A DNA stretch of 64,000 nt from a virus (Duplodnaviria; Caudoviricetes), in IMG/VR virus record IMGVR_UViG_3300032321_002024, positions 1 through 64,000 of that record; one strand, written 5' to 3'. Made by a program: the position numbers and the translations under genes. Below are positions 46,809 through 55,664 of the stretch, in pieces (positions within the stretch are counted from its first letter, which is position 1; every line of letters starts with the position of its first letter). The notes under the pieces were generated by a model, which saw nothing but the letters and a program-made list of their open reading frames with translations, was not told the DNA's origin and searched no databases.

Positions 46809-48335
46809 ATGCTTGTAGAAACGCAATATCTATCAAATAGTAAAAAGTTAGTAGTAAGTTATGTTGATAAAACAGGTGATATCAAACTCAAATACTACAA
46901 TTGGGATAATCCCATGAAATATGTAGCTTGTGATGATACTGATGTTCAGAAACATCCAACATTTCGTTCTTGGGATGGTAAATCAGTTAAACAAATTGAA
47001 GTTAATCATCCAGATAGGTATGCAATATATGAGTTTCTCGATTCTTTACCACAAAAAGAAAGAGAAGAAATTTTTGAATTTAATCTACCGAAAATTTATT
47101 TTATAGATATTGAAACTGAAATCGTTGATGGTTTTCCAGAAGCAGCTGATATAAAAGATGCTGCTGGTAATGTCATTAAAGAAGGAGCTTGTACACAAGT
47201 TCTTTCTATTTCAATTGTTTATGATGATAAAATCATACTTCTTGGGTTAAAAGATATGCCTGAAGACATGCAGGAAAGAATTAAAGATAATACTAATAAG
47301 TATTTTGAAAAATTTGGTTCTGATTATAAATTCAAATATGTCAAATACGAAGATGAGTTTGATATGTTATATGCTTTCTTTTATAAGATGGTTCCTAAAA
47401 TGCCACTTCTTACTGGTTGGAACTTCTTGAAATATGACTGGTTGTATTTAGTTAATAGATCTCGTAAAATTAGTAAGTGGGTTAATGGTAAAGAATATAA
47501 AATTGATCCAGCTGTATCATCATTGACAAAAAGAATAACTAAAGCATGGGGAACAGAGTACGAAGTTCCAGCTCATAGAATGATTTTTGATTATATGCAA
47601 CTTTATGAGATTTGCGATACATCTATTAAAGTAAAAGAATCTTCTTCATTGGACTTTGTTTCTAATAAGCTTGTGGGTGTTGAGAAGATTAAATATACTG
47701 GTTCACTTCAAAAACTTTATGAAGATGATTTTGAAACATTTATGTATTACAACGCGGTCGATTCCGTGTTGGTTCAAAAGATACACGAAGCTAGAAACTA
47801 TATCTCTATCATATATGCGATATCATCACTTGCCCAAATTAGAATAGTTGATGTTGTTTCTCAGATGAACAATGCTCTTGGATCACTTGCGATTACAGAA
47901 GGTGTTTTAAGAAATAGATTCCGAGAGATGGATAATATAGTTCTTTTTAGAGATGAAAAGGGAGATGCTGAGTCAACAATTGCTGGTGGTTGGGTAAAGG
48001 ATCCAGTAGTTGGTATGAATCAGTGGTGTGTCACTTATGACTTTGCTTCACTTTATCCAACAACACAGCGTCAATTCTTTATTGCTCCTGAGACATTTAT
48101 TGGTTTACAAGATGAAAAAGATAAATCAAAGTGCACAAATGGTAGAAAAATTGATTCTCAAAAACACGTTCTTTGTGTAAATGGTGTTGTATTTGAAAAA
48201 AGAATTTCACCAACTCTGAATATGCTTGAAGATGTTTATGCTGATAGAAAGAAGAATAAAAAAATCATGATGCAAAAGAAAGAAGAGTTAAAAGAAGTCA
48301 TGGATGAAATAAAAAGATTAGAAGCGGAATTATAA
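46809..48335 (+). CDS. Family-B DNA polymerase, N-terminal part only (exonuclease plus motif A); split polymerase
   Basis: Exo I FIDIETE, Exo II GWNFLKYD, Exo III YNAVD, motif A YDFASLYP; ends after YADRKKNK with no KxxxNSxYG or YGDTDS. Confidence 0.88.
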   Translation: MLVETQYLSNSKKLVVSYVDKTGDIKLKYYNWDNPMKYVACDDTDVQKHPTFRSWDGKSVKQIEVNHPDRYAIYEFLDSLPQKEREEIFEFNLPKIYFIDIETEIVDGFPEAADIKDAAGNVIKEGACTQVLSISIVYDDKIILLGLKDMPEDMQERIKDNTNKYFEKFGSDYKFKYVKYEDEFDMLYAFFYKMVPKMPLLTGWNFLKYDWLYLVNRSRKISKWVNGKEYKIDPAVSSLTKRITKAWGTEYEVPAHRMIFDYMQLYEICDTSIKVKESSSLDFVSNKLVGVEKIKYTGSLQKLYEDDFETFMYYNAVDSVLVQKIHEARNYISIIYAISSLAQIRIVDVVSQMNNALGSLAITEGVLRNRFREMDNIVLFRDEKGDAESTIAGGWVKDPVVGMNQWCVTYDFASLYPTTQRQFFIAPETFIGLQDEKDKSKCTNGRKIDSQKHVLCVNGVVFEKRISPTLNMLEDVYADRKKNKKIMMQKKEELKEVMDEIKRLEAEL

Positions 48336-48388
48336 AAAAAAGAGATTTTTGAATTTAATATATAAGTTACTAAAAATTAAAATTTTAT

Positions 48389-50089
48389 ATGAGAGTTCAA
48401 AACTTCACAAATTACTCTAAACTCTACGAAGCAAAATTGATGGAATGTCAATTTCTTACAGAGCAAAATATTACAGCTGATGATATAATTACTCCATTAG
48501 AATCATTAATCACTGAAGAATTCATTAATAATCTAATTCAAAAAGGAAAACAAGCTATTTCTAATGTTTATACTAATGTAAAAGATGCTATTAGTAAATT
48601 CTTTACAGGTGTCGTTGAGTTTTTCAAAAACTTTTCACTTAAGAAATTAGCTGGTTCTATCTTTAACAAGATTAAGGAAATCGGAACTAAAGTTTGGAAC
48701 AAAATTAAAGATATGTTGAGTGGATTCAAAGAATTTATCGTATCAAATGGTTTGGCTGATGAGAATAATAGACCTAACTTTCAAAGAATTTGGACTGTAT
48801 TGTGTCAAAAAGCAAAATCTGCTGTTAATTGGCAAGAAGCTGGAGTTACTCCAGATAAATTACAATCTGTTGGTAATCAAGTTAAGTTAAATGAATCTGA
48901 TAGTAAATCAATTGGTGATGATGAGGTTAAATATTATGGAGTTTTTGAAAAAATAGCACATGCTTTAGGTATCAAAAATGCTAGATTTAATGGAGTTGTT
49001 TCTCAGATAATGAAGAAAACTACAATAGGTTTAATTATAATTGGTATTCTTAAAGTTGCTGGTATTAGTTTAGCGGGTCTTACTTTAGGTTTAAGTCCAG
49101 TTGCAATGGCCGCTATCGGTGGTATGTTGTTAATGGCTGGTTTAATTATCTTAGCAATTTGGGTTTGTAAACCTTATCCAACAGTTGATGATTGTTTAGC
49201 TTATTTGCATATGGCTTTTGGTGGAAATTTAAATCAAAACGGGGTAACTAATATTTTCATTACAGATATTGATATTACATACATTGAAGGAGGTGGTATT
49301 ACTGACACAGGATCATCTGAGGCAGGTGATTCAGATATAACATCTAAAGACATTGAAAAAGCCAAACCTTTAAAATCTCTTTATCCTACAATGATTAAAA
49401 ATCTACAAGCATTGAAAAGTATGATTATTTCTTTTGAGGGTGTGGGAATTGAAGGTGAGGAATCATCTCAAAAAGGAGATATGGTTAAAAGAAAAAATAA
49501 AGAGGAAGTTGAAAGAGCTAGAAGACAAAAAGTAAGAGAGTCTGTTCAGTCTTTTTTACTTTTTGAAAAAGAATTTTCAAAAGAATTTTCAAAACAATCA
49601 AGAAAAGTTCAAATCACAGGAGCTGAAGAACATCTTGTTCAAGCTTTTAAAAATATCACTAAATCTTTACAAGTTCTAAAAGATGAAAAAGATAAAGGTG
49701 TTGGAATTACTGATGATTTTGTCGGTGATATTTTAGATAAAAAGATGGATGTTGAGGCTAAAAAGTCTATTAAGGCTTTATATGAAGAGGTTTACGAACA
49801 TCTTTATGGTAAATATTCTAAGACTATGGCTGATTTAGGACCACTTTTCAAAGAAAGTATAGAAGTAATTTCTGATAAAAATAAAAGAAAAGTAGTTGCT
49901 GAAAAAATGGCAAGACTTTCAAAGAGAACAATGCAATTTGAAGGTGAGAATATGTATGCGTCTTTAGGTGAATTTGGAGCTGATATGAGAGATTTTAATA
50001 CAACACTTAAAGAAATAATGACTTCATTTAAAGCAGAATCTGTCGCTGAAAGTAAAGTTTTTTCTTTTAAAAACTATAATAATAAATAA
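48389..50089 (+). CDS. Putative virion internal protein with central hydrophobic hairpin; C-terminal domain paralogous to 12607-15492
   Basis: MRVQNFTNYSKLYEA; IGLIIIGILKVAGISLAGLTLGLSPVAMAAIGGMLLMAGLIILAIWV; YPTMIKNL block. Confidence 0.75.
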   Translation: MRVQNFTNYSKLYEAKLMECQFLTEQNITADDIITPLESLITEEFINNLIQKGKQAISNVYTNVKDAISKFFTGVVEFFKNFSLKKLAGSIFNKIKEIGTKVWNKIKDMLSGFKEFIVSNGLADENNRPNFQRIWTVLCQKAKSAVNWQEAGVTPDKLQSVGNQVKLNESDSKSIGDDEVKYYGVFEKIAHALGIKNARFNGVVSQIMKKTTIGLIIIGILKVAGISLAGLTLGLSPVAMAAIGGMLLMAGLIILAIWVCKPYPTVDDCLAYLHMAFGGNLNQNGVTNIFITDIDITYIEGGGITDTGSSEAGDSDITSKDIEKAKPLKSLYPTMIKNLQALKSMIISFEGVGIEGEESSQKGDMVKRKNKEEVERARRQKVRESVQSFLLFEKEFSKEFSKQSRKVQITGAEEHLVQAFKNITKSLQVLKDEKDKGVGITDDFVGDILDKKMDVEAKKSIKALYEEVYEHLYGKYSKTMADLGPLFKESIEVISDKNKRKVVAEKMARLSKRTMQFEGENMYASLGEFGADMRDFNTTLKEIMTSFKAESVAESKVFSFKNYNNK

Positions 50090-50098
50090 ATTTAAGCT

Positions 50099-50746
50099 AT
50101 GAGTAAAATTGAAAAATTTGATGAATTTACTAACGAAGGTTTAAAAGAGTTAGCAGCAAAAATGAGAAGAACCGTTACTGGTCAATCAGCTGGTGAGGAA
50201 ATTGAAAAACTACCTCAGGACCAACAACAGAAATTGGTTGATTTATACAAACAAGATCCAACTGAAGCGGCTAAATACTTAAGAAGTATTATAATAAAAG
50301 AAAAAAATAGTCAATTTGGTTTAGGATTGGCTTTAACAATAGCTGGAGCTGCTATGATTTATAAAGCTGCTAATATCGAGCCACCACAGCCGCCACCGCC
50401 ACCATCCGATGGTAAGTTTATGCCATCAGAGGAAGGTATTACACAAACACTTAACAAGTATACTGGAAGTGAGTTAAATCCAAAATCAAGTCCTGAAGAA
50501 TTTATAAAATCAGTAAAAGACTTTGGAGGTGGAGATTATAATCAAGGTATTGAAAATCTAACAAAAGGAGTTTCAGGTTCTGATAAAAGTGAAATTATTT
50601 CTACTCTAAAAGCAATTGGTTCCGATCCACACGGAAATGGTGATACATTAGGACAAATATTCCAAGGTGATTGGTCAGGAACTGGTAAAACAGCCGGAGA
50701 CTTATTAGATTGGCCAGCTGATACAAAAGTTTGGGTTCAAAATTAA
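50099..50746 (+). CDS. Putative virion internal protein with TM helix and polyproline linker
   Basis: MSKIEKFDEFTNE; FGLGLALTIAGAAMIY; PPQPPPPP. Confidence 0.7.
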   Translation: MSKIEKFDEFTNEGLKELAAKMRRTVTGQSAGEEIEKLPQDQQQKLVDLYKQDPTEAAKYLRSIIIKEKNSQFGLGLALTIAGAAMIYKAANIEPPQPPPPPSDGKFMPSEEGITQTLNKYTGSELNPKSSPEEFIKSVKDFGGGDYNQGIENLTKGVSGSDKSEIISTLKAIGSDPHGNGDTLGQIFQGDWSGTGKTAGDLLDWPADTKVWVQN

Positions 50747-50759
50747 ATAAAATTTTATT

Positions 50760-50798
50760 AAAAAAAACCTCTAATATTTATTTATTAGAGGTTTTTTT
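50760..50798 (+). terminator. Intrinsic terminator followed directly by a TAnnTTTG promoter (50800-50807)
   Basis: A8-CCTCTAATA-loop-TATTAGAGG-T7, then TATATTTG. Confidence 0.8.
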
Positions 50799-50823
50799 GT
50801 ATATTTGTATAAATAAATCCACT

Positions 50824-51408
50824 ATGAAATATCTAATAATTTTATCCTCTATAGTTTTTTGTTTATATTTTGTATTTTTTCAAAACAATGTCAAAGTTGA
50901 AGAAATATATGATACGAATTCGACTAAAATTGAAATAGTTGGATTGAATAATTTTTCTGAAGAAGATTTAAAAATTGTAAAATCTACAATTATAAAGTTC
51001 TATGGCTTTGATTGTGTGATATCAAATCCTGAAAATGTGAATTTATCAAGTTGTGAAGATGCTCAACTTTCTACTGGTAAAAATGATTATTTTTATTATG
51101 ACGAAAGTGAAAAAATTGTCATATATGTTACAGACCAAAAGTTATACTCAACTAAGAATAACGAATCTGTTCAAGGTCTTTGTTTTGGAAATCAAATTTA
51201 TTTAAGAAGTAATATAGTTCATGATAGAGAATCTTCTATTGAATTAATAAAATCCAATGCAATTCATGAAGTTGCACATAGCTTTGGAGTTAGTCACTGT
51301 CATAATACTTGTATAATGAATAGTGAGTCCTTTGAATTTTGGAATAAAGTTAAAGATGAGCCAATTTTCTGCGATGATTGTAAATCTAAATTACCTTCAC
51401 GGTTTTAA
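50824..51408 (+). CDS. Archaemetzincin-like (M54) zinc metalloprotease with N-terminal membrane anchor
   Basis: HEVAHSFGVSHC...CIMN...FCDDC; likely start MKYLIILSSIV at 50824. Confidence 0.8.
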   Translation: MKYLIILSSIVFCLYFVFFQNNVKVEEIYDTNSTKIEIVGLNNFSEEDLKIVKSTIIKFYGFDCVISNPENVNLSSCEDAQLSTGKNDYFYYDESEKIVIYVTDQKLYSTKNNESVQGLCFGNQIYLRSNIVHDRESSIELIKSNAIHEVAHSFGVSHCHNTCIMNSESFEFWNKVKDEPIFCDDCKSKLPSRF

Positions 51409-52039
51409 AATTTAAATTAGGTAGTTTCTCTGAGACTACCTTTTTTGCGCCTCTAATATATTTAGAGTTATCATCATAAAAGATAACATTTTGAAATCCG
51501 GTGGTTTCTACCAATTCTACAATCTTATCACCTTTCCATTTTCCAGCATTTACTTTACCATCTGGGCACATATGTAAACCCCATTTTGGATTTTCTAATC
51601 CAAATTGTTTCAAAACTGATTCTATTTTATTTCTCATTCTTTGTGGTCTAGCTGTTACTATGCACTTATCTTCAATTGATTTGTAAAGACTTGCCAGTTC
51701 TTTCAATTTAGTTGGTAAACTTTCATCTAAGTAACTAAATTCATCTGGTTGAACTAAATAAAGACGATTACCTTTTCTAACCCAATCTTTTTCTTCTTTA
51801 TAAATTTTATTAGGATCATCTACAAATATTCTTCTATCCTGAACTTTTAGTTTGTCTTTTGTTATTCCAATTCTTTTAACAGCTCTATCTAATAAATCTT
51901 TAACAGTTAAGTTCTCATTTAGAAACTTTATGGCAATATCTTCATATCTTGGTGTCACCATAAGAGTGTCATCAAAGTCAAAAACGTATAGAGTGTTGTT
52001 CTCTATATCAAACTCATTAAATTTATCAATCTTCACCAT
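51386..52039 (-). CDS. HAD-superfamily phosphatase with capsid-targeting-like N-terminus
   Basis: MVKIDKFNEF; VFDFDDTL, IVTAR, K, FYDDN. Confidence 0.8.
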   Translation of the reverse strand: MVKIDKFNEFDIENNTLYVFDFDDTLMVTPRYEDIAIKFLNENLTVKDLLDRAVKRIGITKDKLKVQDRRIFVDDPNKIYKEEKDWVRKGNRLYLVQPDEFSYLDESLPTKLKELASLYKSIEDKCIVTARPQRMRNKIESVLKQFGLENPKWGLHMCPDGKVNAGKWKGDKIVELVETTGFQNVIFYDDNSKYIRGAKKVVSEKLPNLNFKTVKVI

Positions 52040-52211
52040 AAATAACTCTCTCTATCAGATCAAAATTAGATTTCCCAAACTCTAAAACACAGTTAGAAAA
52101 AATATCTTCCTCTGATGAAAGTCCTTGTTCAAATAGTGATGTGATAAAGATTTTAACATCGTCTACTGTTGTGTAGATTCCGAACTCATCGTATTGTGGA
52201 ATAACTTGCAT
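52026..52211 (-). CDS. Small hypothetical protein
   Basis: 61-aa ORF with TAATATATAA upstream (52231-52240). Confidence 0.6.
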   Translation of the reverse strand: MQVIPQYDEFGIYTTVDDVKIFITSLFEQGLSSEEDIFSNCVLEFGKSNFDLIERVIYGED

Positions 52212-52319
52212 AAAGAAAACTGATTTTTTCTTATATATTAATCATTTTCTGTAAAAAACCTTATTTTTTAAACTAAAATAGAAATATTGATATAAATTTT
52301 ACAAAAAAATATCTTTTTA

Positions 52320-53987
52320 ATGTCGTTAAAAAATGATCTCTCAAAATACAAACCTCGTAAAGAACAAAAAGAGGCTTTAGATTTTATCGATTCTGAATAT
52401 CAGAAGAATAAATTAACAAAATTTTTCTTACTTAATTTACCAGTCGGTTCTGGTAAAAGTCACTTAGCACTTATGATCGCTGATTGGTATCGTAAAAATG
52501 TAACAAAAATGTCTAGAGTTGACATTATTACAAATTCTAAAATTTTACAAGACCAATACGCTGATACTTATGAGTCAATTGCTGATTTAAAAGGTAAAGA
52601 AAATTATGAATGTGAATCATATTCTTGTTCTTGTGCTCAGGGTGGTGAATTCAATAGATTAAATAAGACTTCTTGTGAGAGTTGTCCTTATTCATTTGCT
52701 CGAGAAAATTATATCTCTGGTGGAATATCACTTACAAATTTTTACCTTTATATCCTTTATGCTATCTATAATCCAAAATTAATGGAAAATAGAGGAGCTA
52801 GAGTTTTAATCGTTGATGAAGCTCATGATTTTGATGATGTTATGTCAGATTTTATCTCAATTAAAATAACAGATAATGTTGTTAAGAAATTTAAATTCTC
52901 AAATGAATATGATATTTTAAAAAAATTGAAAAGTGTTAATTCAATTTCAGATTATGTTGAGTTCTTAAGATACCTGAATAGTGAAATTATCACAACTACT
53001 GAAGATATGGAAAGAGGTATGTCATCTGCTCCAAGAAATATAAAGTCAGATAAAAGAGATTTAAAAATATCTAAAGTTCTTAAAACAAAAAACACTGATG
53101 TTAAAGTTATGAACTTAGTTACTGATTTGAAACAGTATCAATTAAAAATTGATGTATTTTTGAAAGAATATAAAGACAATCCTAATAACTGGGTATTGGA
53201 GTCTAGTTGGAATGAGAAGATGAAAAGTAAAGAGTTATCACTTGAGCCTATCTGGGCTTATGATTACTTAGATAAATATATCTTTTCAAATTATGATATG
53301 GTGTTTTTAATGTCTGGAACTATTTTAGATAAAAATCTTTTCTGTCAATTGAATGGACTTGATGTGACAAAGGCATCATATTATTCAATAGCTTCTCCTT
53401 TTCCTTTAAAAAATAGACCTATTTATTATATGCCAATTGGGAAAATGTCATTTAAATCTAAAGAAGATACTTTTAAAAGATATGTTCCTTACATACAAAA
53501 GTTATTAGATAAATATAAAAAGAAAAAGGGTATCATACACACTAACTCTTTTGAATTAGCAAAATGGATAGAAGACTCGATAAAAGACCCAAGATTGGTT
53601 TTTCACGATTCTTCTAATAAAGATGAGGTATTAAGAATGCATATGGAATCAGAAGAACCTACAGTTATTGTAAGTCCTTCTATGGATACTGGTGTTAGTT
53701 TTGATAATGATAGTGCTAGATTTCAAATCATTGCAAAGGTTCCTTATCCTTCATTAGCTTCTCAGAAAAATAAAATGAGACAAATGAATAATCCTGATTG
53801 GTATTCTTGGAAAACAGTTTCTGGTTTAATTCAAATGACTGGAAGGCCTGTTCGTTCAGATAAAGACTATGCTGATACAATTATTATTGATGGTGGATTT
53901 GGTGATGTTATAAAACACTCTTCTCAATTCTTACCTGATTGGATTCAGGAAGCTATTAAGAAAGTAAATGTAAAAGTAGGAGCATAA
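52320..53987 (+). CDS. DinG/XPD-like SF2 helicase
   Basis: PRKEQ, LPVGSGKS, LQDQY, KGKENYEC plus Cys cluster, VDEAH, MSGTI, SPSMDTGVSF, KVPYP, QMTGRPVRS. Confidence 0.9.
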   Translation: MSLKNDLSKYKPRKEQKEALDFIDSEYQKNKLTKFFLLNLPVGSGKSHLALMIADWYRKNVTKMSRVDIITNSKILQDQYADTYESIADLKGKENYECESYSCSCAQGGEFNRLNKTSCESCPYSFARENYISGGISLTNFYLYILYAIYNPKLMENRGARVLIVDEAHDFDDVMSDFISIKITDNVVKKFKFSNEYDILKKLKSVNSISDYVEFLRYLNSEIITTTEDMERGMSSAPRNIKSDKRDLKISKVLKTKNTDVKVMNLVTDLKQYQLKIDVFLKEYKDNPNNWVLESSWNEKMKSKELSLEPIWAYDYLDKYIFSNYDMVFLMSGTILDKNLFCQLNGLDVTKASYYSIASPFPLKNRPIYYMPIGKMSFKSKEDTFKRYVPYIQKLLDKYKKKKGIIHTNSFELAKWIEDSIKDPRLVFHDSSNKDEVLRMHMESEEPTVIVSPSMDTGVSFDNDSARFQIIAKVPYPSLASQKNKMRQMNNPDWYSWKTVSGLIQMTGRPVRSDKDYADTIIIDGGFGDVIKHSSQFLPDWIQEAIKKVNVKVGA

Positions 53988-54014
53988 AAAAACCCACCAA
54001 CTTGGTGGGTTTTT
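53986..54014. terminator. Bidirectional intrinsic terminator
   Basis: A7-CCCACCAA-C-TTGGTGGG-T5. Confidence 0.85.
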
Positions 54015-54028
54015 ATTTTATGTTAAGA

Positions 54029-54556
54029 TTATTTCTTTTTATTCTTTGCTTCAATTGCTTTTCTAAGACCCTCTGGAAGTTTCTTTTGTGCGGCAGTTAA
54101 ACCTTTACCGCCTTTTTCTTCCTCTTTTTTATCTTCACCTTTTTTATCTTCTTCTTTTTTACCCTTTTTATTTTCTATTGCCGCAGCAATAAAGTCACCT
54201 TTTGTAATTTTATCTTTTGGTGGATATTTAGCTGCAAGTTCTTTTTCTTTTTCATTTTTAGGAGTTTTACCTTTTGCGTTCTTTTTAGCTTCAAACTGTT
54301 TGAATGAAACAACTCTTTCTACATAGATATTCTCATCACCCCAAGTTTTTGTAGGTTCTTCTGAAGGATCTTCATCTTCATCTTCACAAGGTGCACAATA
54401 TTCATCACCTTCCTCATCTCTTTCTTCTTCTGAGTAAATATCTCCAGTTTCGTCTCCAGTAGGTTCATTTAGTTCTAATGGTGTGATTTCTTCTTCTTCT
54501 GGTGTTGAAAATCTATGACCTAAATCATATTCTTCAAATTTTCTAAGGTGTTTCAT
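54029..54556 (-). CDS. Putative virion internal protein: acidic N-half, basic C-half
   Basis: MKHLRKFEEY; second internal VVSFKQFEA motif; Lys-rich tail. Confidence 0.75.
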   Translation of the reverse strand: MKHLRKFEEYDLGHRFSTPEEEEITPLELNEPTGDETGDIYSEEERDEEGDEYCAPCEDEDEDPSEEPTKTWGDENIYVERVVSFKQFEAKKNAKGKTPKNEKEKELAAKYPPKDKITKGDFIAAAIENKKGKKEEDKKGEDKKEEEKGGKGLTAAQKKLPEGLRKAIEAKNKKK

Positions 54557-54623
54557 ATAAGGGTTTATTTTTAAGTATATATTATATTTTGATTTTCATT
54601 TTTCAACTTTTTATATATAGTTT

Positions 54624-55640
54624 ATGAGATTATTCAGATATTTTGAATTTATTTTGGAAGCAAAAGAAGAAGCGTTATTACCAACGTTTTTTAGTAAAGA
54701 ATTCACAAATAAAGTTCAAAAGATTGATTCACCTATTTCTATTGAATTTGAGAGAATGACCGCTTATGGTCATAGTCAATACAAGCCTTTGAGCAAATGG
54801 ACTTTTATTTCTGTTTCTGATTCAAATGATAAAATAGTCTATACCGACTCTAGTAAAGTAAAGACATATATTTCAGTAAACTATCAAATTGAGGATAATG
54901 ATGAAATTATCAATTTTGTAAAAAAATTACCTTTTCCATCATATGATAATAATTTATTACAATTTGCAAGAACTGAAATGAATGTTGGAAGATTTATTAG
55001 AGCTTTTTTTGGTTCTAAATTTTCCGATGTTGAGATAGAAAAATTTGTTAATCAATGGAAGTCACTTGATGAAACTTCAACTTTTGAAGTATGGTCAGGT
55101 AGTGATATTGTAAAAGGGTATTCTTCTAGATTGTATCATTTCAATGATTATGATAATGGCATGAACCCACTAATGAATTCTTGTATGAATGATATGACTT
55201 GTGTTCAGTTTTATAAATATTGTCCTGATGTAAAGTTATTAGTTCTTTTAGATAAAGAAAGTGCAATTTTAGGAAGAGCTCTTCTTTGGAAAGATAAAGA
55301 CGGTAGAAATATTATGGATAGAGTTTACTTTGTTTATGATAAGGATTATTATAAATTTATTAGATGGGCTAATGAAAATGATTTTTATTACAAAAAGTCA
55401 AATAGTGGACTTACTAAATTTATAAAATCAGGTAAAGAAGAAATTATACTAACTGGTGTTAAAATATTAAATGCTTTTGATTTTCCAGATGAAGAGTATC
55501 CTTATATGGACACTTTTAGTTATGTATACAAAGATATGGCTTATAATTATGAACCTAAGGGTAATTATTGGAGACTAATGAATACCGATGGAACCTATGA
55601 TGTTTATGATTATGACGATTGGGAAACTAAAGAAGATTGA
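54624..55640 (+). CDS. Conserved phage protein (SCM / GRALLW / MDRVY / YPYMDTF family) with capsid-targeting-like N-terminus
   Basis: MRLFRYFEFILEA plus the listed motifs. Confidence 0.7.
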   Translation: MRLFRYFEFILEAKEEALLPTFFSKEFTNKVQKIDSPISIEFERMTAYGHSQYKPLSKWTFISVSDSNDKIVYTDSSKVKTYISVNYQIEDNDEIINFVKKLPFPSYDNNLLQFARTEMNVGRFIRAFFGSKFSDVEIEKFVNQWKSLDETSTFEVWSGSDIVKGYSSRLYHFNDYDNGMNPLMNSCMNDMTCVQFYKYCPDVKLLVLLDKESAILGRALLWKDKDGRNIMDRVYFVYDKDYYKFIRWANENDFYYKKSNSGLTKFIKSGKEEIILTGVKILNAFDFPDEEYPYMDTFSYVYKDMAYNYEPKGNYWRLMNTDGTYDVYDYDDWETKED

Positions 55641-55664
55641 TTTCAATTTTTAATATATAGACTT

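Noticed and set aside
50731-50823. N-terminal extension of the M54 protease given in the ORF track
   Set aside because: It spans a terminator and promoter; ATG 50824 is the more plausible start.
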